Assembly (NCBI RefSeq): GCF_016903815.1
Contig: NZ_CP069973.1
Source of the DNA: Escherichia coli
GTDB lineage: Bacteria > Pseudomonadota > Gammaproteobacteria > Enterobacterales > Enterobacteriaceae
DNA: 64,000 nt
Direction: 5' to 3' (one strand)
Part shown: piece by piece, positions 33,074 through 43,062 of the stretch
How positions within the stretch are numbered: the stretch's first letter is position 1
How the letters are laid out: every line of letters starts with the position of its first letter
Program-made: the position numbers and the translations under genes
The notes under the pieces: generated by a model
The model's input: the letters and a program-made list of their open reading frames with translations, nothing else
What the model was told of the DNA's origin: nothing
Databases searched by the model: none

Positions 33074-33499
33074 ATGAGCAACATTACCATTTATCACAAC
33101 CCGGCCTGCGGTACGTCGCGTAATACGCTGGAGATGATCCGCAACAGCGGTACAGAACCGACCATCGTCTATTATCTGGAAACCCCACCGACGCGTGATG
33201 AACTGGTCAAACTCATTGCCGATATGGGGATTTCCGTACGCGCGCTGCTGCGTAAAAACGTCGAGCCGTATGAGGAACTGGGCCTTGCAGAAGATAAATT
33301 TACTGACGATCGGTTAATCGACTTTATGCTTCAGCACCCGATTCTGATTAATCGCCCGATTGTGGTGACGCCGCTGGGAACTCGCCTGTGTCGCCCTTCA
33401 GAAGTGGTGCTGGAAATTCTGCCAGATGCGCAACAAGGCGCGTTCACCAAGGAAGATGGCGAGAAAGTGGTTGATGAAGCGGGTAAACGCTTGAAATAA
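33074..33499 (+). CDS. arsC: Arsenate reductase (glutaredoxin-coupled) ArsC
   Basis: 141 aa; MSNITIYHNPACGTSRNTL contains the catalytic Cys. Confidence 0.95.
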   Translation: MSNITIYHNPACGTSRNTLEMIRNSGTEPTIVYYLETPPTRDELVKLIADMGISVRALLRKNVEPYEELGLAEDKFTDDRLIDFMLQHPILINRPIVVTPLGTRLCRPSEVVLEILPDAQQGAFTKEDGEKVVDEAGKRLK

Positions 33500-33529
33500 A
33501 GCGGCGATATCCACTGCCCATAGTTGGTA

Positions 33530-33640
33530 AAGTGCGCTTTGTTTATGTCGGATGCGACGCTAACGCGTCTTATCCGACCTACAAAACCGTGCATGGCATG
33601 AAATCTGTAGCGCGTAGCGCATCAGGCAATTTTGCTATTT
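33530..33640. repeat. REP (repetitive extragenic palindromic) elements
   Basis: gtcggatgcgacgctaacgcgtcttatccgacctaca and gcgtagcgcatcaggca resemble enterobacterial REP units. Confidence 0.55.
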
Positions 33641-33918
33641 ACGCAGCACTCCTCGCGTAAGAATTCAATTATCGCTTCCAGCATTGCGTATTGCGAAACA
33701 CACATCAGCGTTCGACTCTCACGGTTTTGTTTGACCAGCCCTACCGATACCAGTGCTGAAATATGGTGACTGAGTGTAGAGCCGGGTATCCCAAGCTGCT
33801 TTTGCAACTCACCGACCGGCAAACCTTGTTCCCCCGCTTTGACCAGGTGTTTGAATATGAACAAACGGGTCGGGTGACCTAGCTCTTTCAGCGCTTTAGC
33901 AACTTCTTCCAACTGCAT
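33622..33918 (-). CDS. Second ArsR/SmtB-family metalloregulator with C-terminal Cys cluster
   Basis: 98 aa; winged-HTH segment GELQKQLGIPGSTLSHHISALVSVGLV; cysteines at ...LMCVSQ... and ...REECC near the C-terminus. Confidence 0.8.
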   Translation of the reverse strand: MQLEEVAKALKELGHPTRLFIFKHLVKAGEQGLPVGELQKQLGIPGSTLSHHISALVSVGLVKQNRESRTLMCVSQYAMLEAIIEFLREECCVNSKIA

Positions 33919-34025
33919 ATGACACCCCCTTTGTCTGGTTGATATTTCGATAATACCAGAAATATCTTGATCTGAATTTCATTTCGATTATTCTGGAAAT
34001 ATAGATTTATTCAATGAGGTTACGT

Positions 34026-35027
34026 ATGAGTAGTTGGCTTGCGATGCTGCAAGATGCCGCAGAGATGTTTGTGTTTCTCGCCGTTGAGCTTTCTTTGCTG
34101 TTTATAGTGATTAGTGCCGGTGTGAGCCTGATAAGACAAAAGGTGCCAGACCATAAAATCCAGCAGATGATGGGGGCCAGAAAAGGGAGAGGTTATCTCC
34201 TGGCTGCTCTGTTGGGAGCCGTTACCCCGTTCTGTAGTTGCTCGACAATACCCATGTTACGTGGATTGTTGTCAGCGAAAGCCGGGTTTGGTCCAACCCT
34301 TACTTTTTTATTTGTTTCACCGCTACTTAATCCCATTATCGTCGGACTAATGTGGGTGACCTTTGGCTGGAAAGTGACCTTGTTGTACGCGATTATCGCC
34401 GCCGGCGTCTCCGTACTTGCCAGTATTATCCTGGATTCTCTGGGATTTGAACGTCATATTATTGCCAGTAAAAGCTCATCAGCAAATTGTTGTGCTCCAG
34501 CCAAAACTTCGCCGGGGACGACATATACGCCAATAAAAGTGAGTTGCTGTAGTCCAGCGGCTAAAGCCATTGAGAAACCTGTAGTAAACTGTTGCAGTAC
34601 CAAAGCTGTGGTAAGTATTAATCCCATAAAACTAGCCACCAAAGATGCGTTGCAACAGTTTAAAGATGTACTGCCATATCTTTTGTTAGGGGTATTAATA
34701 GGCTCTTTTATTTATGGCTTTATTCCCTCAGAGTGGATTGCCGCTCATGCAGGGGCAGATAATCCCTTCGCCATCCCATTGAGCGCCGTTGTCGGTATTC
34801 CGCTATATATCCGGGCAGAGGCGGTTATCCCTCTGGCATCTGTTCTGATGACAAAAGGAATGGCTCTGGGAGCATTAATGGCATTAATCATCGGCAGTGC
34901 CGGCGCAAGCCTGACGGAAGTGATATTACTTAAATCAATGTTCAGAATACCGATGATAGTTGCATTCCTGACGGTTATATTAGGTATGGCTATCTTGATG
35001 GGCTATTTGACTCAAATGCTATTTTAA
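34026..35027 (+). CDS. arsP: ArsP-like (DUF318-type) permease, candidate organoarsenical efflux permease
   Basis: GAGG RBS 6 nt before ATG 34026. Contains the TPFCSCS motif (AVTPFCSCSTIPM) and a Cys-rich central loop; divergent from the ArsR-family gene. Confidence 0.65.
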   Translation: MSSWLAMLQDAAEMFVFLAVELSLLFIVISAGVSLIRQKVPDHKIQQMMGARKGRGYLLAALLGAVTPFCSCSTIPMLRGLLSAKAGFGPTLTFLFVSPLLNPIIVGLMWVTFGWKVTLLYAIIAAGVSVLASIILDSLGFERHIIASKSSSANCCAPAKTSPGTTYTPIKVSCCSPAAKAIEKPVVNCCSTKAVVSINPIKLATKDALQQFKDVLPYLLLGVLIGSFIYGFIPSEWIAAHAGADNPFAIPLSAVVGIPLYIRAEAVIPLASVLMTKGMALGALMALIIGSAGASLTEVILLKSMFRIPMIVAFLTVILGMAILMGYLTQMLF

Positions 35028-35607
35028 ATAGATGCCAGCAGTAAACTATAAGGAGCATTGTGAGTGCCTTATCCTTCTGAGTAGAAAATCATAGATAGGA
35101 TAATCTTTAAAAATCACAAATAACTTAACTAATGCTTTGAGAATGATGACGGATCCGTCAGTAAGTCATCAATCGACAATCACCACGCAATCATGCTTCT
35201 CTGACATTTTATCGGAGAAGCAATGTCTCTTTGTTTCAGTGCTATCCCCCCTTTTAAAGGGCAGATTTCAGTCGCCAATACAACACATTTTTAAATACAC
35301 TTTAACCTGGTTCATTATTACACATCTAAAACATCACAAAAATATCACTTCACACACTATCGGTGAACATCATAACTTTTTAAAATGAGCGCTTTTTGAT
35401 AGTTGTTAACGTTTTCCTTTACGATACTATCACTGCCCTTTTTTTATACACAAATATTACCGGGTGGAGATAAAAGGGAAATCAAAGGTAATTATATCAG
35501 GAAGAGATAACGCATTACATTTATTGTGTGTAGAAGAAAATCCATTCCTGTTCTAATTATCCAATTTAAACATCTTAGCATAAAACAAATGATGAATAAG
35601 GAATTTT

Positions 35608-36831
35608 ATGTCAATTGACTTTACCCCAGGTATAATAAATACATATCACGGCGATATTTATAACTGCACAACAAATACCGATAATGCTAAAACGCCAGAC
35701 ACACCGAAGTGGCCTTGCGATAATTTGGAAGAACAACAACCCATTAATTCCACATTCTCTGGAGAAGGATATACCTCTGATCAATATGATTTAGCGCAAC
35801 ACCAACTTCAACAAATTAATGCGTGCCACACGAACACTACATATACAAATGCAGAATACTCAAAAGTTGTGACTCAACTTGTAAGTCTTATTACTAACAT
35901 TGAAACGATAAGTTCGACACCACTTACGCAACAGACACAATCAATACTTAATCAGATTAATAACATTAGATACGAAAAAAACAAAAGTGCTGAATGTCGA
36001 ATCATTGTTGTCGCTAATCCTAAACCCGACAAGGCAATCATAACTAAAATTAGCGTAGAAGAGGGAATACCAGTAAGATTCAGTGTCCAAACCATGTTTT
36101 CAGATACTAATTTTATTGCTGAACAACGAGCTGACTTACCGACTAATATAAAAGATATTCAAAACCTGTATCAAAAAATGACGAAGTTATATATTGAGCA
36201 CAGTGAAAATAAAAACAGGATGAAAGTCTTTGCCGGAACCAACTTTATTGATTTCAATATGACAGGACAGAACCTGTCCGGGTTCGTTCTAACCTTGTCA
36301 AGGTTTTATTTCGAAGATCTACTTAATATAAATTTCACTGACGCAAATTTAGGTGACACTATTTTTTCACATAAAGAACACCCTGCCCCAAAATTATATA
36401 AAGACGAACAATATCTTGACAAACAAATCGAAGGTTTATTTTCAACATTATTAACCATTAATGACAACTTTTTACGAGCAAAAGCGGAAATTGCTTCGAC
36501 AATAATTAAATTCTTAGAGGCCAGGATAACCAATATTTCATACAATGACATATTAAAATATCAGCAAGAATTCAAAAAACAATGTTATAAGCAAGTTAAA
36601 GCCTTTACGACACTCTCCCGATACAATAAAATTCAAACATGGGCAGAAATGTCTGAATATCAATTCGAAGTATTTCAACGCGAGACGCTTAACCCAAAAA
36701 AAATGTCATGCGCACCTTATTTAAAGAGATCGCTACCTGATGAAAAAACTATAAATTATGGGGTGGAAATAGAAACACCAACTGGCAAAAGAATTCGCTT
36801 ATCAAATCATTACCAGAATATAATCCCATAA
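35608..36831 (+). CDS. yhiS: YhiS, uncharacterised protein (intact 407-aa form)
   Basis: AT-rich ORF in the arsC-to-slp position. Confidence 0.7.
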   Translation: MSIDFTPGIINTYHGDIYNCTTNTDNAKTPDTPKWPCDNLEEQQPINSTFSGEGYTSDQYDLAQHQLQQINACHTNTTYTNAEYSKVVTQLVSLITNIETISSTPLTQQTQSILNQINNIRYEKNKSAECRIIVVANPKPDKAIITKISVEEGIPVRFSVQTMFSDTNFIAEQRADLPTNIKDIQNLYQKMTKLYIEHSENKNRMKVFAGTNFIDFNMTGQNLSGFVLTLSRFYFEDLLNINFTDANLGDTIFSHKEHPAPKLYKDEQYLDKQIEGLFSTLLTINDNFLRAKAEIASTIIKFLEARITNISYNDILKYQQEFKKQCYKQVKAFTTLSRYNKIQTWAEMSEYQFEVFQRETLNPKKMSCAPYLKRSLPDEKTINYGVEIETPTGKRIRLSNHYQNIIP

Positions 36832-37075
36832 TATGAACATTAGCACTTTATAATCATTGAATAAAAATAGATTTTATGTACCTTTAAAAAAAGGCTATTT
36901 TATGGGGCGATGGATACTCATGTCACGCCCCAAAATTAACAGAATTAAACTAAACAGAAGGGATATAAACATCAGACAGGTTTACGTTACTATCAGGCAT
37001 ATCGCCTCAGAATCAGATGAAAACTATAAAGAAATATCTATTATGGTTTTAATATTTGTTGATAAGGATAGTAAC

Positions 37076-37642
37076 ATGAACATGACAAAAGGTGCACTCA
37101 TCCTCAGCCTTTCATTTTTGCTTGCCGCATGTAGTTCAATTCCGCAAAATATCAAAGGCAATAACCAACCTGATATTCAAAAAAGTTTTGTTGCTGTTCA
37201 TAACCAGCCGGGGTTATATGTTGGTCAACAAGCGCGCTTTGGTGGGAAGGTTATCAACGTTATCAATGGCAAAACGGATACGTTGTTAGAAATCGCTGTA
37301 TTACCGTTGGATAGCTATGCGAAGCCTGATATTGAAGCCAACTATCAGGGCCGACTGCTCGCCAGACAAAGCGGCTTCCTTGATCCAGTGAACTATCGTA
37401 ATCACTTTGTTACCATCCTCGGTACCATTCAGGGTGAACAACCTGGCTTTATCAATAAAGTCCCGTATAACTTCCTCGAAGTGAATATGCAGGGCATCCA
37501 GGTGTGGCATTTGAGAGAAGTGGTTAATACCACCTATAACCTGTGGGATTACGGCTATGGTGCATTCTGGCCGGAACCGGGCTGGGGTGCGCCTTACTAC
37601 ACCAACGCGGTGAGTCAGGTAACACCTGAGCTGGTCAAATAA
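37076..37642 (+). CDS. slp: Starvation-inducible outer membrane lipoprotein Slp
   Basis: 188 aa from internal Met (MNMTKGALILSLSFLLAACSS, lipobox LAAC). The track ORF begins 73 codons upstream, which is unlikely. Confidence 0.9.
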   Translation: MNMTKGALILSLSFLLAACSSIPQNIKGNNQPDIQKSFVAVHNQPGLYVGQQARFGGKVINVINGKTDTLLEIAVLPLDSYAKPDIEANYQGRLLARQSGFLDPVNYRNHFVTILGTIQGEQPGFINKVPYNFLEVNMQGIQVWHLREVVNTTYNLWDYGYGAFWPEPGWGAPYYTNAVSQVTPELVK

Positions 37643-37794
37643 CACCACCGAAAGATGCAGATGCTTTCTCAGCATCTGCATCATGCATTACATCAAATTA
37701 ATACACAGCCAGCTAACTATTATTATAAGCCCTGTCCTGTTAATTACCTTTGGCAAACTGATTATAAAGTTAATGTCCGCACCAGGAGTCGGTT

Positions 37795-38325
37795 ATGTTT
37801 CTTATAATTACCAGGGATACGATGTTCTTCACTGCGATGAAAAACATTCTGAGTAAAGGTAATGTCGTTCATATACAGAACGAAGAAGAGATCGACGTAA
37901 TGTTGCATCAGCATGCCTTCGTCATTATTGATACATTAATGAATAATGTATTTCATTCTAATTTGCTCACTCAGATTGAACGATTAAAACCTGTCCATGT
38001 GATTATTTTCTCTCCCTTTAATATTAAACGCTGCCTGGGGAAAGTACCGGTGACCTTTGTTCCGCGAACTATCACCATCATCGACTTTGTCGCACTCATC
38101 AATGGCAGTTACTGCTCTGTGCCTGAAGCGGATGTGTCCCTTTCGCGCAAGCAGCATCAGGTTCTGAGCTGCATTGCGAATCAAATGACAACGGAAGATA
38201 TTCTGGAGAAACTGAAAATATCGCTAAAAACGTTCTACTGCCATAAACACAATATCATGATGATCCTCAATCTTAAGCGGATCAATGAGTTGGTACGCCA
38301 TCAGCATATTGATTATCTGGTGTGA
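37795..38325 (+). CDS. dctR: LuxR-family transcriptional regulator DctR (YhiF)
   Basis: 176-aa ORF with C-terminal LuxR-type HTH. Confidence 0.9.
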   Translation: MFLIITRDTMFFTAMKNILSKGNVVHIQNEEEIDVMLHQHAFVIIDTLMNNVFHSNLLTQIERLKPVHVIIFSPFNIKRCLGKVPVTFVPRTITIIDFVALINGSYCSVPEADVSLSRKQHQVLSCIANQMTTEDILEKLKISLKTFYCHKHNIMMILNLKRINELVRHQHIDYLV

Positions 38326-38385
38326 TCGATTGATTAATATAAAGAGGCCCAGCAATAAATAGCCAGACCTCCCTTTAATTATACG

Positions 38386-39414
38386 TTATGCAGTAACGCC
38401 TTCCGGTATCAGCGAAGCAATTTGCTTACGCCATTGCGCTTGCTCCTGTTCGCCTTCTGTACGTTGACCATAAAGTTGCGCTATCTGCGTACCATCATGG
38501 GCAAACAATTCCAGACTGGTCACATAACCGTCACTAGCAGGTTTACGGGTTACCCAGGTTTCAGCAATGCTCTCTTCTAATAGATGAAGAGTAAACGTCG
38601 GGTTAAAAATATTCAGCCAACCTTTCATTGGCACCACTTTTTCTACCACGCCAGTGAAAATCTGTACGCAGCCACGGTTGCCAACAAACACCATGATTTC
38701 ATTGCCATCCTGCTGTGCAGATTCAAGAATTTGCGCCAACGCACTGTTGGATACTTTGCAGGCCAAATCGTCTGCCACCAGATTGAACGCCTGTTGGCGC
38801 GTCAGGTTGTGGCGCTTGAGCAACGTAAAAAACTGATGAACGTCGGTCATCGCCCGCCACTCTTGCTCGACCACACTGGCATCGGCTCGCATTTGAACGA
38901 CTGGCGCATCAACGGCTTTTAACTCAAGCGGCGTATTCTCATCAGTGATAAACCGTGCCAGAAGCTCACTCCATGCCGCCATATCGGTATTGTCGGTGGC
39001 ATAAACTTTTAGTAATGCATCGCCCTGATGATCAAAGAACTGAATACTCTGGCGTTCGCCACGAGTCGTATTTTCTTTAATGTGAAAAACACTGGCCCAT
39101 TGATTGAGAAACAGACGCAAATCCAGCGCGCGTGGATTGAGGATCAATCCGGCATGTCCGTTCAAATGCTGGTTTGTGAACGCACCAACTTGCTCATGGA
39201 CTGCATATTCATTACGGCAAATACATTTGGTCTCGCCAACACTTTCGAGCGCCGCCAGAATTTCACGGATATCGCCGCGCATCCGCCACGCATCGTGCGT
39301 GACGCGTGCAAATGCCAGTTCTGCTTCGCTAATATTCATTAAACCTGCGATGTCACGCGCGTACTTTCCGGGATTTTGTTCTTTTAACTCAAGCCAGCGT
39401 GTGTAGTGGTTCAT
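38386..39414 (-). CDS. chuS: Haem utilisation / haem-degrading protein ChuS (HemS/ShuS family)
   Basis: 342-aa ORF directly downstream of chuA on the same strand. Confidence 0.9.
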   Translation of the reverse strand: MNHYTRWLELKEQNPGKYARDIAGLMNISEAELAFARVTHDAWRMRGDIREILAALESVGETKCICRNEYAVHEQVGAFTNQHLNGHAGLILNPRALDLRLFLNQWASVFHIKENTTRGERQSIQFFDHQGDALLKVYATDNTDMAAWSELLARFITDENTPLELKAVDAPVVQMRADASVVEQEWRAMTDVHQFFTLLKRHNLTRQQAFNLVADDLACKVSNSALAQILESAQQDGNEIMVFVGNRGCVQIFTGVVEKVVPMKGWLNIFNPTFTLHLLEESIAETWVTRKPASDGYVTSLELFAHDGTQIAQLYGQRTEGEQEQAQWRKQIASLIPEGVTA

Positions 39415-39462
39415 TGTCTCTCTTCCTTCCAGATAAATGCCCCGAAATATCGGGGCAGATGA

Positions 39463-41445
39463 TTACCATTGATAACTCACGAAAATTTTTCCATTACGAC
39501 CATCCTGTGGGATGCCTTGTGGCGACCAGTACTCTTTGTCGAAAGCGTTACCCAACACCAAAGTAGTGGTCATACCTTTGAGCGCCTGTTGTCCTTGATA
39601 ACTGACGTAGAAATCATTCACGCCATAGCCTGGTTGTTTGCTGTAACTGCTGCTGATATGTGTTGAGCGATCGGCAAACGTACCAACCCACCCAACAGAG
39701 AAGCCACTGTGAGCGATCGGAATATTCAGGGTACTGGTAACGGTATCCGGGTTAATGCTGGAGATATATTCCCCAGTATCGGTGTCTTTGCCGCGGGTAC
39801 GGTTATAGGCCACATCAAGGCTAAACAGATCAGTGGTATATTTCGTCATTACATCCCAGCCCCAGATTTTGGCGTTCGGGACGTTATACGACATAGTTGT
39901 CGCCGCCGCGAAATCGACGGTCGTGGAGATGTAATCCTTCGCTTTGGTATCAAAGTAGCTGGCTTTAAATTCCAGGGTATCATTGGACAACATCAGGTCA
40001 TCAAAACGCAGCCCAAAACCGTACTCCTGAGTTTCGTTAGTTTCCGGACGTAAGTTCGGGTTTGGCACCCAATAGTTGGTATAGAAGCGACCAATCGAGA
40101 AGTGCTTAGAATCGTTATACATTTCGCCCATCGTCGGGGCGCGGAATGCCTGGGCATATGAGCCAAATAACATCAGCCAGTTAGTCGGATTGATAGTCAT
40201 CCCCGCACGAGATGACCATTTGTCGGCATCAACATCTTTGTAACCGTCACTGCTACCGCGATAACTGTCATAGCGGGTTCCGCCAAGCAGGGTAATCGGC
40301 AGATCGCGTAAGGTGATCTCATCCTGTAGCCAGCCGGAGCTAAAATCGATTTTTGCTTGCGGGAAGCCCGTCGTCGCGCCGCCCGGATGTTGTTCCTGAC
40401 GATAATACTCACCGCCATATGTCAGTAAGTGAGAAGCGAAACTGTCGGCAAAGAGAGTGGAACGGTTCTCCAGCCTGGCTCCTTTTGTTATCTGTTCACG
40501 ATACTCGCCGGAACTCCCCGTGTTTTGCGCATTAATACGGACTTCCGACCAGTAAATTTTTGCATCTGCATTTAACCAGTCGTTGCCCTGCGGGGCGAGT
40601 TTATAAGAAAGCTGCGCATCGCGTTGAATTGTTGAACGATCAACCATCGGGTTGCTGCTATCAGAAGCCTCAACAGTCTGCGGATTTTTTGGTTCACGCG
40701 CGTCGTTGTTGTAGTAACGCACTAAACCGCTCAGAGACTGGGCTGAATCAATTTGCCAGGTCCCTTTCGCCAGCATGTTATTAATGGACTCGTCATTCGG
40801 CGCGGTTTCACCATTGCTCTGGCGTAAATCACCCCGACCGCGACTGGACCAGGCCACAATACCATCCAGATTTTCAGTTCGCCCAAACGCGCTCGCGCCT
40901 AATCCCAGGCTATGGTCCCCCGTGCCGCCAGTACCAAAGACACGAAAACCACTGCTTTGTCCTTCCTGCAATAAATCTTTTGCATCGACCGTATCGTAGG
41001 AGATCACTCCACCCAGCGCACCACTGCCATACAGTAATGCTGAAGGTCCGCGAACAATCTCAACACGCTTGATCAGCGCCGGATCGAGAAAAGTGCCATT
41101 CAGGTGTCCGGTATCCGTTCCCTGGCGAACACCATCGACAAGAACCAGCACGCCGCGATGATCATAGCCACGCATATTTACATCCTGACCGTTGGTTCGT
41201 CCGGTACCATCAAGAGTAATTCCAGGAACATGACGCAGCAAATCAGTGGCTGAAGTAGCCGTTTGATTTTCAGGAGCGGAAGTGTCGATGACGCTGACCA
41301 TCATAGGCGCTTCGAAGGAACTACGGGCATTCCCCGTTGCCGTAACGGTCATGGTTTCAGTAGCAAAAGCAAACGTTGGCAAGGTGGCAGAAACAGCCAA
41401 AGCCAACAAACTCAAACGCAACGAGGTAAATTGCGGACGTGACAT
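39463..41445 (-). CDS. chuA: TonB-dependent outer membrane haem/haemoglobin receptor ChuA
   Basis: 660 aa; signal peptide, TonB-box-like ETMTVTA, plug and beta-barrel, C-terminal ...VSYQW. Confidence 0.95.
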   Translation of the reverse strand: MSRPQFTSLRLSLLALAVSATLPTFAFATETMTVTATGNARSSFEAPMMVSVIDTSAPENQTATSATDLLRHVPGITLDGTGRTNGQDVNMRGYDHRGVLVLVDGVRQGTDTGHLNGTFLDPALIKRVEIVRGPSALLYGSGALGGVISYDTVDAKDLLQEGQSSGFRVFGTGGTGDHSLGLGASAFGRTENLDGIVAWSSRGRGDLRQSNGETAPNDESINNMLAKGTWQIDSAQSLSGLVRYYNNDAREPKNPQTVEASDSSNPMVDRSTIQRDAQLSYKLAPQGNDWLNADAKIYWSEVRINAQNTGSSGEYREQITKGARLENRSTLFADSFASHLLTYGGEYYRQEQHPGGATTGFPQAKIDFSSGWLQDEITLRDLPITLLGGTRYDSYRGSSDGYKDVDADKWSSRAGMTINPTNWLMLFGSYAQAFRAPTMGEMYNDSKHFSIGRFYTNYWVPNPNLRPETNETQEYGFGLRFDDLMLSNDTLEFKASYFDTKAKDYISTTVDFAAATTMSYNVPNAKIWGWDVMTKYTTDLFSLDVAYNRTRGKDTDTGEYISSINPDTVTSTLNIPIAHSGFSVGWVGTFADRSTHISSSYSKQPGYGVNDFYVSYQGQQALKGMTTTLVLGNAFDKEYWSPQGIPQDGRNGKIFVSYQW

Positions 41446-41450
41446 AGCGA

Positions 41451-41466
41451 TTCTCCATGAGGAAAA
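41451..41466 (-). promoter_or_regulatory. Candidate FourU-type RNA thermometer hairpin masking the chuA Shine-Dalgarno
   Basis: Minus-strand RNA reads UUUUCC-UCAU-GGAGAA immediately 5' of the chuA AUG; UUUUCC can pair with GGAGAA. Confidence 0.4.
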
Positions 41467-41734
41467 TAAAAAATGCTGGCTGCCTGGGTTAATACCGGGG
41501 TGGCTGGCGAAAAATAAATTTATTTAAAATTCAGAGCGATAATATTCGCCGGGTGAGTTTACAGGCGTTTATATCCCATGAAATTGCCTGGTATCTCGGC
41601 AAATACGCAAAAGCACGCCCTCTTTGTCAGGCAAAACGATATGCCCCATCAGGAGTGAAGAGCGCTGTGCGTTATCCCTTGCAAATGCTATGGTTTTGTT
41701 ATCCATATGGTCGTGTTTTGTTAAGCGCGAACGT

Positions 41735-41753
41735 GATAATGAGAATTATTATC
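41735..41753. promoter_or_regulatory. Fur-box-like site in the chuA upstream region
   Basis: GATAATGAGAATTATTATC resembles the Fur consensus GATAATGATAATCATTATC. Confidence 0.5.
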
Positions 41754-42083
41754 GATCAATTTTTTATGATCAAGCTTTTTTTTAACCGCCATTAACACAA
41801 TAAACAGGGGGTTATGAAACTTATCCTGCGCCCTGTAAACCACTTTGTTTTTATGGTTATTCCCCCATGACCTCATTACTAAACTTTGTCGTTAGCAGTG
41901 ATAATTTTCTCTTCGCTTTGCTCTGCAAGCCTCGATATCTGTGGGTTCTCAGCTTTTTCCCGCGCTGAAATTTAGTCGGTAACAAGAACGTTAGCTGACG
42001 AAGCATCTTGATAAAAATCAAAAATAAATACGCTTGTAACGCCTTGCGTATTGAATCGACGGTTGTATTTCATATATAACTCA

Positions 42084-42105
42084 AATGATAATAATGATCA
42101 TTCTC
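42084..42105. promoter_or_regulatory. Fur-box-like site at the chuT operon promoter
   Basis: AATGATAATAATGATCATTCTC, shortly upstream of the chuT start. Confidence 0.55.
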
Positions 42106-42128
42106 AATTTGATAAGAGTTCTCATATT

Positions 42129-43043
42129 ATGCCAAGGATCATCACCAGGCCGTTTCTTTTTTCCCCACTAACGTTATGTATTTCAGCCGTGGCCTCTGCC
42201 GCGAAGACCGCGGTAAAACGAAAAAAAATGTTTACGGCAGTACTGGCTCTTAGCTGGGCTTTTAGCGTAACGGCTGCCGAACGTATCGTGGTCGCAGGAG
42301 GATCGCTGACGGAGCTAATCTACGCGATGGGCGCTGGCGAACGCGTGGTTGGTGTCGATGAAACGACATCTTATCCACCAGAAACCGCCAAACTGCCGCA
42401 TATTGGCTACTGGAAACAACTCAACAGCGAAGGCATTTTGTCACTTCGCCCGGATAGCGTAATTACCTGGCAGGATGCCGGGCCACAAATTGTGCTCGAC
42501 CAACTACGAGCGCAGAAAGTCAACGTCGTTACCCTGCCGCGTGTGCCTGCCACCCTTGAGCAGATGTACGCCAACATTCGCCAACTGGCAAAAACGCTAC
42601 AGGTTCCTGAACAAGGCGAGGCGCTGGTGACACAGATCAACCAACGCCTGGAGCGAGTACAGCAAAACGTGGCGGCCAAAAAAGCCCCGGTTAAAGCCAT
42701 GTTTATTCTCTCCGCAGGCGGAAGTGCGCCACAGGTTGCCGGTAAAGGCAGCGTCGCGGACGCCATTCTTTCGCTTGCCGGAGCAGAAAACGTCGCAACC
42801 CACCAGCAGTACAAAAGCTACAGTGCAGAATCACTGATTGCGGCCAATCCAGAAGTGATTGTCGTAACCTCACAAATGGTCGATGGCGATATTAATCGGC
42901 TACGTTCTATTGCCGGAATTACCCACACTGCCGCATGGAAAAACCAGCGCATTATCACCGTTGATCAAAACCTGATTCTGGGAATGGGTCCGCGTATTGC
43001 TGATGTCGTTGAGTCTTTACACCAGCAGCTTTGGCCGCAATAA
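42129..43043 (+). CDS. chuT: Periplasmic haem-binding protein ChuT (ABC transporter substrate-binding)
   Basis: Start taken at MPRIITRP (42129) just after the Fur-box-like site. An internal Met at 42228 begins a signal-like MFTAVLALSWAFSVTAA; the track start at 42051 is unlikely. Confidence 0.8.
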   Translation: MPRIITRPFLFSPLTLCISAVASAAKTAVKRKKMFTAVLALSWAFSVTAAERIVVAGGSLTELIYAMGAGERVVGVDETTSYPPETAKLPHIGYWKQLNSEGILSLRPDSVITWQDAGPQIVLDQLRAQKVNVVTLPRVPATLEQMYANIRQLAKTLQVPEQGEALVTQINQRLERVQQNVAAKKAPVKAMFILSAGGSAPQVAGKGSVADAILSLAGAENVATHQQYKSYSAESLIAANPEVIVVTSQMVDGDINRLRSIAGITHTAAWKNQRIITVDQNLILGMGPRIADVVESLHQQLWPQ

Positions 43044-43062
43044 ATGGATTTAAATCAGACGA

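Noticed and set aside
36857-37075. 73-codon upstream extension of slp
   Set aside because: Mature Slp begins with a lipoprotein signal at the internal Met (37076); the extension is AT-rich leader sequence.
42051-42128. N-terminal 26-codon extension of chuT from the ORF track
   Set aside because: The extension would begin inside the Fur-box/promoter region with no RBS; start placed at 42129, with 42228 as an alternative.
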